Shown here: positions 30,764 through 39,145 of the stretch, piece by piece
Layout: each line of letters begins with the position of its first letter
Numbering within the stretch: the stretch's first letter is position 1
DNA from: Phycisphaerales bacterium
GTDB taxonomy: Bacteria > Planctomycetota > Phycisphaerae > Sedimentisphaerales > UBA12454
Assembly (NCBI GenBank): GCA_003142595.1
Contig: PLMU01000008.1
Span: 57-64,056 of the forward strand
DNA length: 64,000 nucleotides
Direction of reading: 5' to 3'
Notes under the pieces: generated by a model
Told to the model about the DNA's origin: nothing
Seen by the model: only the letters and a program-made list of their open reading frames with translations
Database searches by the model: none
Program-made: the position numbers and the translations under genes

Positions 30764-33700
30764 ATGAATTTTACTTCTCTGTTTATTAATCGGCCGATTA
30801 TGACGACTCTTGTAATGTCGGCCATACTGATTTTTGGCGTCGCGTCATATCGTCTTCTTCCCGTCAGTGATTTACCGAATGTTGATTTTCCCACTATTCA
30901 GGTTTCCGCTTCATTGCCCGGAGCAAGCCCTGATACGATGGCCGCCGCTGTTGCGACTCCTTTGGAAAAGCAGTTTTCAACTATCGCGGGCATCGACTCT
31001 ATGACTTCAGCAAGCGCGCTGGGAAGCACCCAGATAACAATCCAGTTCAATCTTAATCGTAATATAGACGCAGCCGCTCAGGATGTGCAGGCAGCTATTG
31101 CCCAGACTCTTCGCCGGCTGCCGCAGGATATGCCCAGCCCGCCCAGTTATCAGAAAGTAAATCCCGCAGACCAGCCGATTCTGCTCATTGCGCTAACCAG
31201 TCCTACCCTGCCATTGTCCTCGCTGGACGAATACGGCGAAACACTGATGGCACAGAGAATTTCAATGATTGACGGTATCGCCCAGGTGCTGGTTTACGGC
31301 TCACAAAAATATGCTGTCAGAATTCAATTTGACCCGATGATTATGTCCAGCCAGGGCTTGGGCATAAACGAAGCCGTTGCCGCGATTCAAAGAGGCAATG
31401 TAAATCTGCCCACCGGCGTTTTGTATGGACCTCGTAATGCCTTCACCGTCGAAGCAACAGGGCAGCTTAATAACGCAGAAGCTTACCGCCCTTTAATTGT
31501 TGCTTATCGAAATGGCTCGCCCATTCGCCTTGATAAAATTGCTCATGTTATGGACAGCGTCGAAAATAATAAAGTTGCCGCCTGGTATGTTGATAGCAAT
31601 TCTCGGCAAAGGGCGATTATTCTCGCGATTCAGCGCCAGCCCGGAACTAACACTGTTGAGGTCGCAAATGCCGTCAAGGCACTGCTGCCTACTTTCAGCG
31701 AAAAACTGCCGGCTTCTGTTTCCGTAAAAGTTTTAATTGACCGTTCTATCCCGATTGAAAACTCGGTCAATGATGTTCAATTTACTCTTTTACTAACGCT
31801 GGTTCTGGTAGTTCTTGTCATATTCCTTTTCCTTCGCAATGTCTCGGCAACGGTTATTCCAAGTCTTGCTCTGCCGATGGCGATAGTCGGTACATTTATC
31901 GTTATGTATCTGCTTAATTATAGTCTGGACAATTTGTCTTTGATGGCTCTGACCCTCTCAGTCGGTTTTGTTGTCGATGACGCTATTGTTATGCTCGAGA
32001 ATATTGTTCGCCATATGGAAATGGGAAAAACCAGATTAAAGGCCTCTATTGAAGGCGCTAAAGAAATCAGCTTTACCATTGTCAGTATGACCATCTCTCT
32101 GGCTGCTGTATTTATTCCAATTCTTTTTATGGGCGGCCTTGTAGGAAGGCTCTTCCGTGAATTCGCTGTTACTATCGGCGCCGCCGTTCTGGTTTCAGGT
32201 TTTGTCGCCCTTTCGCTTACACCAATGCTTGCCAGCCGATTTCTTCGTCCACCAAAGGAAATACACCACGGCAAAGCATTCGAATATTCCGAACGGATTT
32301 ATAATCATATGCTCGGCTTTTATGAGCGAACGCTTCAATGGGTACTGGTAAACAAACGAAGCTCAATGTTATTCTCGGCCATTATCCTGGCCGGTACTGT
32401 CTTTTTGTTTATCTGGCTTCCAAAAGGATTTTTGCCCAGTGAAGACCGTGCCCAGATATATGGTTCCACAGAAGGCCCTCAGGGTATTTCTTATCAATCA
32501 ATGTTTGACCACCAGCGGGCCGTTAACATTGTTTTACAGAAAATGCCGGAAATTGATTCGTTTATGTCCAGTGCCGGTTCTCGCGGAAGCTCCGGCAGCA
32601 ACACCGGCTCATTTTTTATTCGTCTCATTCCGAAATCCCAGCGCAAATATTCCGCCGATGAATTGATTCAGCGGTGGCGCCAGGATTTGGCCGCTGTGCC
32701 GGGCATAAAAGTCTATATGCAGAACCCGCCAACTATACAGTTAGGCGGCCGACTGGCCAAAAGCCAATATCAGTACACGCTTCAATCTCCCGACACAGAT
32801 GAGTTATATAAATATGCCGCTGTAATGGAGCAGAAAATTCAGACTCTTCCCGGTTTTCAGGATGTTACAAGCGATTTACAAGTCAAAAATCCCAAAGTCA
32901 ACATCAATATTCAAAGAGACAAGGCCGCAACTCTCGGCATTACCGCAGAGCAGATTGAAACAGCTTTATCTTATGCTTACAGTTCAGGTCAGGTTTCGAC
33001 AATACTTGCCCCTGACAATCAATATCTGGTCATTACCGAATTGCTTCCTGAATATCAGCTCGACCCTTCTGTTTTAAGTCTGCTTTACGTCCGCTCAGAT
33101 ATAACAGGAAAACTTATTCCTATGGATGCCGTGGCAAGCTTTACCACCGGCGTAGGTCCTCTGACAATCAACCATCAGGGCCAATTACCTGCTGTTACGA
33201 TTTCTTTCAATTTAAAACCCGGCGTTTCTCTCGGCGACGCTGTTAATTCAATCGATCAACTGGCAAAGAGCACTTTGCCGTCAACCATTAATACAAGTTT
33301 TCAGGGAACCGCAGCCGCGTTTCGTTCGTCTATGAAGGGGCTTGGATTATTGCTGGTCCTGGCAATTCTTGTCATTTACCTTGTTCTTGGCATTTTGTAC
33401 GAAAGTTTTATTCATCCTATTACTATTCTATCGGCCCTTCCATTTGCCGGTTTTGGCGCATTGCTGACGCTGTTAATCTTCAGGACTGAGCTTTCCATAT
33501 ATGCTTTTGTCGGAATAATTATGCTTGTCGGCCTGGTCAAGAAAAACGGCATCATGATGATTGACTTTGCTCTTGAGGCCCAGCGGACGGAAGGAAAAAA
33601 TCCGCACGACGCTATTTTTGAGGCCTGTCTGGTCCGATTCCGTCCCATTATGATGACGACGATGGCCGCTTTGATGGCCGGCCTGCCGATTGCGATGGGC

Positions 33701-33886
33701 TTTGGCGCAGGCGCCGAATCGAGAAGGCCTTTAGGTCTTGCTGTTGTCGGCGGTTTGCTTTTTTCACAGACTCTTACACTTTATGTAACGCCGGTGTTCT
33801 ATCTGTATATGGAATCCTTCAGGCAAAGATTAAAAACTAAAAAAGCTCATTTGCCTGAGAATTTTGATGCCGGCACCCCTGAATAA
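30764..33886 (+). CDS. RND efflux inner-membrane permease (AcrB/MdtB/C-like)
   Basis: 1040 aa with FINRPIMTTL at the N-terminus, 12-TM architecture and VGFVVDDAIVMLENI. Confidence 0.9.
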   Translation: MNFTSLFINRPIMTTLVMSAILIFGVASYRLLPVSDLPNVDFPTIQVSASLPGASPDTMAAAVATPLEKQFSTIAGIDSMTSASALGSTQITIQFNLNRNIDAAAQDVQAAIAQTLRRLPQDMPSPPSYQKVNPADQPILLIALTSPTLPLSSLDEYGETLMAQRISMIDGIAQVLVYGSQKYAVRIQFDPMIMSSQGLGINEAVAAIQRGNVNLPTGVLYGPRNAFTVEATGQLNNAEAYRPLIVAYRNGSPIRLDKIAHVMDSVENNKVAAWYVDSNSRQRAIILAIQRQPGTNTVEVANAVKALLPTFSEKLPASVSVKVLIDRSIPIENSVNDVQFTLLLTLVLVVLVIFLFLRNVSATVIPSLALPMAIVGTFIVMYLLNYSLDNLSLMALTLSVGFVVDDAIVMLENIVRHMEMGKTRLKASIEGAKEISFTIVSMTISLAAVFIPILFMGGLVGRLFREFAVTIGAAVLVSGFVALSLTPMLASRFLRPPKEIHHGKAFEYSERIYNHMLGFYERTLQWVLVNKRSSMLFSAIILAGTVFLFIWLPKGFLPSEDRAQIYGSTEGPQGISYQSMFDHQRAVNIVLQKMPEIDSFMSSAGSRGSSGSNTGSFFIRLIPKSQRKYSADELIQRWRQDLAAVPGIKVYMQNPPTIQLGGRLAKSQYQYTLQSPDTDELYKYAAVMEQKIQTLPGFQDVTSDLQVKNPKVNINIQRDKAATLGITAEQIETALSYAYSSGQVSTILAPDNQYLVITELLPEYQLDPSVLSLLYVRSDITGKLIPMDAVASFTTGVGPLTINHQGQLPAVTISFNLKPGVSLGDAVNSIDQLAKSTLPSTINTSFQGTAAAFRSSMKGLGLLLVLAILVIYLVLGILYESFIHPITILSALPFAGFGALLTLLIFRTELSIYAFVGIIMLVGLVKKNGIMMIDFALEAQRTEGKNPHDAIFEACLVRFRPIMMTTMAALMAGLPIAMGFGAGAESRRPLGLAVVGGLLFSQTLTLYVTPVFYLYMESFRQRLKTKKAHLPENFDAGTPE

Positions 33887-33916
33887 CCAATTGTCTTTTT
33901 TGGGTCATTTCAAAAG

Positions 33917-33945
33917 TTGACAAATCCGTCAAAAGTGTTTAGATT
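33917..33945 (+). promoter_or_regulatory. near-consensus sigma70-type promoter (TTGACA-N17-TAGATT)
   Basis: -35 element at 33917..33922, a 17-nt spacer and -10 element at 33940..33945. It lies 20 nt upstream of the truncated tRNA-Arg copy. Confidence 0.45.
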
Positions 33946-33965
33946 ATAAGCACTTAAATTTCCAG

Positions 33966-34004
33966 GCGCCCGTAGCTCAGTTGGATAGAGCAACGGATTT
34001 CTAA
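33966..34004 (+). pseudogene. truncated tRNA-Arg(UCU) 5' half (acceptor 5' strand through anticodon loop)
   Basis: 38 of 39 nt are identical to nt 1-39 of the intact tRNA at 35670. Identity starts at tRNA +1 and ends after TTTCTAA (anticodon loop). No 3' half follows. Confidence 0.8.
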
Positions 34005-34099
34005 AACTTTTTAAAATCCTCATTTCGACACAACTATTATGGATTTCAATATTTAGTAAGTGGTAAGATTCGCATCTTTTAGTAGATATCGTATCTTTT

Positions 34100-34120
34100 G
34101 GTTGTAGTTCGGTTGTAGTT
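34100..34120 (+). repeat. direct repeat GGTTGTAGTT x2 at 11-bp spacing
   Basis: GGTTGTAGTT c GGTTGTAGTT, read directly. Lies in the 168-bp arm between the tRNA fragment and the IS. Significance unknown. Confidence 0.5.
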
Positions 34121-34172
34121 ACAAATTTGCAATGATGTCTATAAGCTGCACAAATAAATGTTTGACAAGTAA

Positions 34173-35502
34173 GTGTATTGTCCCTACCAAAAATTCCGTC
34201 CTTGCTTATTTACAAGGGTTTATATAAAATTCCGCGTTTCTATTTAGATTAGAATTTATAGAAACTGCCAGGGAAAATCAATGTCTAAATTAATAGCAAA
34301 ACTTATCTTCGGCCTTATAAAGCTCATATTCAGGAATAAAACTGATCTCGTCCTTGAGAATCTTGCCCTGCGGCACCAATTGGAGGTACTGGAACGTAAA
34401 AAAAAGCCAAAACTTAAAAAACCAGACCGTATCTTCTGGGCCTGGTTGTCTCATGTCTGGTCTGACTGGAAATCATCAATTATTTTCGTAAAACCTCAAA
34501 CCGTCATCAAATGGCACCGAAAAGGCTTCAAGCTATACTGGCGATGGAAATGCAGACATAAACCGGGCAGACCAAATATACCAAAAGAAGTCCGCAGACT
34601 AATTAGACAAATGTGCCTAGAAAATCCAGACTGGGGAGCACCCAGAATACAATCTGAATTGCTTCTGCTCGGCCACAATATAAGCGAAACAACTGTTGCA
34701 AACTATATGGTCAGGCAAAGAAACCTGCCCTCTCAAAGCTGGAGGAATTTCCTTAAAAACCATATCAAAGATATTGCAGCCGTCGATTTCTTTACTGTGC
34801 CAACGGTAAGATTTCAAATACTCTATTGCTTCATCGTCCTTTGCCACCACAGACGCAGGATAATTCATTTTAATGTCACTGCAAATCCCACCGCTCAATG
34901 GACAGCTCAGCAGATTACAGAGGCCTTCCCATATGATTCTGCACCGAAATACTTGATCCGGGATAGAGATAAAACCTACGGCGGTCTTTTCGTTCAACGA
35001 GTTAACAAAATGGGCATCAAGGAAGTGAAGATTGCCCCGAAATCACCCTGGCAGAATCCCTATGCTGAAAGAGTCATTGGCTCTATTCGAAGGGAATGCC
35101 TGGATCATTATATAATCTTAAATGAGAGGCACCTGCACAAAGTTCTCGCCGAGTACATTGAATATTACAATAATTGCAGAACCCATCTGTCGCTGGACAA
35201 GAATTCCCCGGAACCAAGATGCGTTGAAAAACCCGAAAAAGGCAAGGTTGTCTCAATACCCAAAGTGGGCGGTCTGCATCATCTTTACAAAAGGGTAGCA
35301 TAAAGAACCGGCCGATTTTATCCCACAACTGCAGATAAAGTCCGCGCATACCATAAAAACCTGAGACTCTTTCGACCCAAACTTTAAAAAACCTCTTCTA
35401 CAACCCCACTGGTTCAGTGCTGTAATCGAATAAAATGAATAAAACTATGCCATCTGTCTCGCTTCAAATGTCGAGATGTAATTTTTGGGAGGGACAATGC
35501 TC
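34173..35502 (+). mobile_element. insertion sequence (about 1.33 kb) with a single DDE/rve transposase
   Basis: Imperfect terminal inverted repeats. The core ATTGTCCCTACCAAAAATT (34177..34195) matches the reverse complement of AATTTTTGGGAGGGACAAT (35480..35498) at 18/19. Exact ends are uncertain by a few nt. No target-site duplication is visible. Confidence 0.7.
34281..35303 (+). CDS. DDE (rve/integrase-core) transposase
   Basis: N-terminal HTH-like region (LENLALRHQLEVL, GAPRIQSELLLLGHNISETTV). rve core with candidate D (AAVDFF), D (IRDRDKTYG) and E (WQNPYAERVIGSIRRE), plus a YNNCRTHLSL tail. Confidence 0.85.
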   Translation: MSKLIAKLIFGLIKLIFRNKTDLVLENLALRHQLEVLERKKKPKLKKPDRIFWAWLSHVWSDWKSSIIFVKPQTVIKWHRKGFKLYWRWKCRHKPGRPNIPKEVRRLIRQMCLENPDWGAPRIQSELLLLGHNISETTVANYMVRQRNLPSQSWRNFLKNHIKDIAAVDFFTVPTVRFQILYCFIVLCHHRRRIIHFNVTANPTAQWTAQQITEAFPYDSAPKYLIRDRDKTYGGLFVQRVNKMGIKEVKIAPKSPWQNPYAERVIGSIRRECLDHYIILNERHLHKVLAEYIEYYNNCRTHLSLDKNSPEPRCVEKPEKGKVVSIPKVGGLHHLYKRVA

Positions 35503-35669
35503 AGAGCCATCCGATTTTGCTCTGTCATTTTCTAACGAAATTATTATAATACTTTTCAGATTATCGAAAGCAAACGCCAAGTTTTCAGCCAAGTAAGCAT
35601 ATACGCTTTCAAACGCCGCTTGAAGTAGCCTTCGATAACTCTTTTTTAAGTAAAAGGTTACGAAATTAC

Positions 35670-35743
35670 GCGCCCGTAGCTCAGCTGGATAGAGCAACGG
35701 ATTTCTAATCCGTAGGCCAGGGGTTCGAATCCCTTCGGGCGCA
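35670..35743 (+). tRNA. tRNA-Arg (anticodon TCT)
   Basis: 74-nt cloverleaf folded by hand: GCGCCCG/CGGGCGC acceptor, GCTC/GAGC D stem, ACGGA/TCCGT anticodon stem with loop TT-TCT-AA, T arm AGGGG-TTCGAAT-CCCTT, discriminator A, no encoded CCA. Confidence 0.9.
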
Positions 35744-35772
35744 TTATTCTTTTAAGGCAATAACGTCTAAAA

Positions 35773-37059
35773 ATGAAGTCTCTAAATGACCTTATTTATC
35801 TTCTTGCGCTTATCGCAATTAGCCCCAAAATCCTGTACCGAGTTACAACACAAAACCGTTACAGGCACGGCTGGAGCGAAAGACTCGGCAAGGTCCGCAG
35901 AAATTTCCCGGATAAAAAATGCCTCTGGATTCACGCCGTCAGCGTCGGTGAAGTCAACGCCACTAAAACAATCGTCGCCGAACTAAAAAAACATCTGCCC
36001 CGGTATGAAATTGTCATAAGCGCAACCACCGATACCGGTATCGAACAGGCCCGAAAATTATACAGTAAAGAATTCAGGGTATTTTATTTCCCGTTTGATT
36101 TTTCTTTTATCGTGCATCGCGCATTTAAACATCTTAAACCGGACATCTGCCTTTTGATGGAGCTTGAGGTCTGGCCGAATTTCACTTCAAGAGCACATAG
36201 GCTGAATATCCCCGTCGTCGTTGTCAACGGCAGAATCAGCGACAGGAGCTTCCCAAGATATAAACTTGTCAAGTTTTTCGTAAAACCAACTTTTAAAAAA
36301 GTCTCGCTTTTCCTGGCGCAAACCAAAGAATACGCCGACCGCTTCATAGCTCTTGGCGGGCATCACGACACGGCAATCGTCACCGGCAGTGTCAAATACG
36401 ACACAGCACAGGTGACCGATAAAGTTGAAGGAGCCGACCAGCTTGCCGGACAGTTGAACATCGCCAATCAGCGTCTCTGGATCGCAGGCGGTACAGGTCC
36501 GAAAGAAGAAGAAATAATACTCGATGTATTTAAAAAATTAAAACAAAAGGAAAAATATAACGACCTGCGACTGGCAATCGTCCCCCGCAAACCTGAACGG
36601 TTCGACGAAGTCGCGGACCTTATAAAGCAATCAGGTTTTGAACTGTCGAGATACAGCCGAATAAAAAATTCTCAGGAAAAATTATCAGCTCAGGATACCG
36701 TAATCCTCGGCGATACTATGGGCGATTTGAGAAAATTTTATTCTCTCGCTGCGATCGTCTTTGTCGGAAGGTCTTTAGTCCCGATGGGCGGCTCCGATAT
36801 GATGGAATCGGCCGCGATGGGTAAATGCACAATATTCGGCCCGCATACTTTTAATTTCAGCCAAACTGTCAAGTCGCTTTTGCACTCTCAGGGCGCTATT
36901 GAGGTAAAGAACGAAAATGAACTTTACGAAATAATTCAAAAATGCCTCGACGAGCCGCAGTTCACTCGGCAAATCGGCGCCAGCGGCCAAAAAGTCATCA
37001 AAGAAAATCAGGGTGCTACACAAAAAACTATTTCAGCAATTATCAATCTGCTTAAATAA
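35773..37059 (+). CDS. waaA: 3-deoxy-D-manno-octulosonic acid (Kdo) transferase
   Basis: WIHAVSVGEV signature and a C-terminal GGS..ESAAMGK.. GT30 fold. Confidence 0.9.
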   Translation: MKSLNDLIYLLALIAISPKILYRVTTQNRYRHGWSERLGKVRRNFPDKKCLWIHAVSVGEVNATKTIVAELKKHLPRYEIVISATTDTGIEQARKLYSKEFRVFYFPFDFSFIVHRAFKHLKPDICLLMELEVWPNFTSRAHRLNIPVVVVNGRISDRSFPRYKLVKFFVKPTFKKVSLFLAQTKEYADRFIALGGHHDTAIVTGSVKYDTAQVTDKVEGADQLAGQLNIANQRLWIAGGTGPKEEEIILDVFKKLKQKEKYNDLRLAIVPRKPERFDEVADLIKQSGFELSRYSRIKNSQEKLSAQDTVILGDTMGDLRKFYSLAAIVFVGRSLVPMGGSDMMESAAMGKCTIFGPHTFNFSQTVKSLLHSQGAIEVKNENELYEIIQKCLDEPQFTRQIGASGQKVIKENQGATQKTISAIINLLK

Positions 37060-37101
37060 AATTGTTTGCAATAATCGATTCATTAAAGGTATCCAACCGC
37101 C

Positions 37102-38415
37102 CTATCTATCAGATAAATTTACCAGCACTTCAGAGACTTTCTTCCTCCGGAATTTGCGAATCACTACCCGCAAATTATCGCTTTCAATTATTTCTCCGCC
37201 TTCCAGCGGCTTTTGTGCTTTTTGTGCGCACCATTCGCTAAGCGTAGGCGATTTTATATCTTTGTATTTATCTTCGCCTTTAAATCCGACAGTGGAATAT
37301 ACTTTACCCATCGGCAGCCCTCCGCCCATAATCCACGCGCTGCCGAAGGGCTGAATATGCGAAGGCAGATAATCAAATTCATCTTCTATTTCGCCGACAA
37401 GCTCTTCCAGAACATCTTCCAGCGTTATCATTCCCAAAATCGTCCCGTCGCCGGCAGCGACAAGCGCGATGTGAAGTTTTTCCTGTATCATTATTTCCAG
37501 CGCCGCCGATATGGATATATTCGCGTCAATCTTTCGTATCGTCCGTGTTATCCCTTTCAGCGAAGGCTCGGAAGGGTTGGCCTTGAGAGTATAAACAATA
37601 TCCTTGAAATTAACGTATCCTTCGATTGTCTGCGGATCGTCCATAATCCGGCAGACTGGAAACCTCGTATGCATATCAAGATGCATCTTAACAAGGGCAT
37701 CCATCAGGCTGCTTTCAATCCAAATCATTGATATGTCCTGCATGGGAATAATTATATCCTTCACCGGCCGTGTGGCCAAAAGAGCGCTGGACAGCACAAT
37801 TTTTTCCTGCCGTGCGCTTAAAAGTTTCGATGCCCTTGCAAGCGAAACCGCCGCCCTGAAATCGTAAAATCCGGGCATCTTTTCGCCGCCCTTTATCGGG
37901 CTTAATTTCATAATTATTTTTACCGTCCATTTGACAACCGACTCAACTACCGAAATAACCGGATTTCCTATTACAGAAAGCAGCTTCATAAACGGCGATA
38001 GTCTCAGCACAACCCATTCTTTGTTGTTCAGCGCAAGAATTTTGGGAACAAGTTCGCCGAAAACCACGATAACAAATGTCAGCGGTATGATTAAAAAGAC
38101 AAGCGACAGTACCTCAGCGGCGAAATCGTTGATTTTCAGGGTCTCTATCAGATATGGGCTTAATCGTTGTTCAATTCCTACGCCGCCCGTCGCTGCAGCG
38201 AATGCACCCACAAGCGTTACTCCAAGCTGGACGATTGCCAGACTCGCTTCCATCCGGCCCTTCATATAAAACGCCTCAGCCGCGCCTCTTTTCTTCTCGC
38301 CGGCCAGCACCGCAAGCCTTGCCGCTGTTACAGATGCAAGAGCCATTTCATACGCGGCAAACAATGCGTTAAAAAACAGCATTGTCCCTATCATTATCAG
38401 TTCATATACAAGCAT
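37102..38415 (-). CDS. CNNM/DUF21-CBS-CorC_HlyC family membrane protein (hemolysin/TlyC-like, divalent-cation transport associated)
   Basis: N-terminal DUF21 TM domain, a CBS pair, and a C-terminal CorC_HlyC-like domain (LRVVIRKFRRKKV). Confidence 0.85.
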   Translation of the reverse strand: MLVYELIMIGTMLFFNALFAAYEMALASVTAARLAVLAGEKKRGAAEAFYMKGRMEASLAIVQLGVTLVGAFAAATGGVGIEQRLSPYLIETLKINDFAAEVLSLVFLIIPLTFVIVVFGELVPKILALNNKEWVVLRLSPFMKLLSVIGNPVISVVESVVKWTVKIIMKLSPIKGGEKMPGFYDFRAAVSLARASKLLSARQEKIVLSSALLATRPVKDIIIPMQDISMIWIESSLMDALVKMHLDMHTRFPVCRIMDDPQTIEGYVNFKDIVYTLKANPSEPSLKGITRTIRKIDANISISAALEIMIQEKLHIALVAAGDGTILGMITLEDVLEELVGEIEDEFDYLPSHIQPFGSAWIMGGGLPMGKVYSTVGFKGEDKYKDIKSPTLSEWCAQKAQKPLEGGEIIESDNLRVVIRKFRRKKVSEVLVNLSDR

Positions 38416-38425
38416 AGCTGAATCG

Positions 38426-38992
38426 CTACCAGACTTTCTTTAAAACCGGCTTCGCTTCATAATTGAATTTCTGACCGCCCAGCGATGCGTCAACCATCAA
38501 GCCCGCATCTTCCATAATAAACACCGCCATACCTTTATTATAATCCCTTTTGGCGGCAACGCCCGCGCTGAGTACAACGCCCGTTACCTGTGCCTCAAAT
38601 GTATATGGCTCATTTTTGAACTTATCCAAATCTTTCTTGTCCTTAAAAAAGACTATCTCCCGATAAAATTCGCCTCCGAAAGAAAATCCGCCCGACACCT
38701 GCGACATCTTACAATACCCGACCATTTTCCCCTGCTCATAGACTTCGCCCTTACCGCCCGCGACGCCTGCTATAAACGCGCCCTTAAAAATCTTCGGCAT
38801 CACAGCGTATCCGTAAGATTTATCGAAAAATTTCTGAATAGTCGGGTCTTTTGTCTTCATAATAGCAATTGCCTCATTCGAATCTGCTGCCAGTACCACT
38901 TTACCTTCCGGCTTCTCCGGCGTAACTGCGCACCCGCCAACCATTATCACAAAAACAAAAAAACAAACTAAACTAATCTTTATCGCTTTCAT
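38426..38992 (-). CDS. SYLF (Ysc84/DUF500-like) domain lipoprotein
   Basis: Lipobox MVGGC; GYAVMPKI.KGAFIAGVAGGKG.. and FSFGGE.. motifs recognised as the SYLF family. Confidence 0.65.
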   Translation of the reverse strand: MKAIKISLVCFFVFVIMVGGCAVTPEKPEGKVVLAADSNEAIAIMKTKDPTIQKFFDKSYGYAVMPKIFKGAFIAGVAGGKGEVYEQGKMVGYCKMSQVSGGFSFGGEFYREIVFFKDKKDLDKFKNEPYTFEAQVTGVVLSAGVAAKRDYNKGMAVFIMEDAGLMVDASLGGQKFNYEAKPVLKKVW

Positions 38993-39104
38993 CCCGCACC
39001 TTCTTTCTTATTCAATTTATTTTGAATCTGATTAAAATATTATTCGACTATTCTGCAAAGCCCGCATCTTTTAGAAATTTGAGATTCCAGAGAAGGTGCG
39101 GGAT
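38991..39104 (-). promoter_or_regulatory. 5' leader with a 14-nt perfect anti-SD/SD pairing (candidate translational switch)
   Basis: In the minus-strand RNA, AUCCCGCACCUUCU (39104..39091) is perfectly complementary to AGAAGGUGCGGGAU (39004..38991), which contains the SD and the first two nt of the AUG. A decoy GAUGCGGG lies at 39068..39061. Confidence 0.35.
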
Positions 39105-39145
39105 TCATTTTTTATCCCCTATTAAACAATAATGATTTCTGATTT

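Noticed and set aside
30256-30894. 212-aa minus-strand ORF
   Set aside because: It is antisense to the RND adaptor/permease junction, and both of those genes are well supported. The same reasoning applies to 4707..5309, 5349..5753, 14233..14655, 16139..16648, 39315..39961, 42683..43120, 56165..56710 and the other internal ORFs in the track.
34005-34172. Minus-strand reading frame open across the left arm, continuing in frame with the right arm if the IS is excised
   Set aside because: Both ends of the putative ORF would be antisense tRNA sequence. There is no start codon with an SD, and the in-frame junction depends on IS ends that I cannot fix to the nucleotide. It is noted under the IS finding and not called as a gene.
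35464-35697. 77-aa minus-strand ORF beginning MLYPAELRAR
   Set aside because: The N-terminus is the antisense translation of the tRNA-Arg gene, and the C-terminus runs into the IS inverted repeat. There is no SD, so it is not a gene.
33966-35743. The possibility that the interrupted tRNA is a split or intron-containing tRNA (group I intron in the anticodon loop)
   Set aside because: The downstream copy is a complete, uninterrupted tRNA that includes its own 5' half, so the upstream piece is a duplicate rather than an exon. The intervening DNA contains a DDE transposase with inverted repeats, and I did not recognise any group I intron-like features in it.
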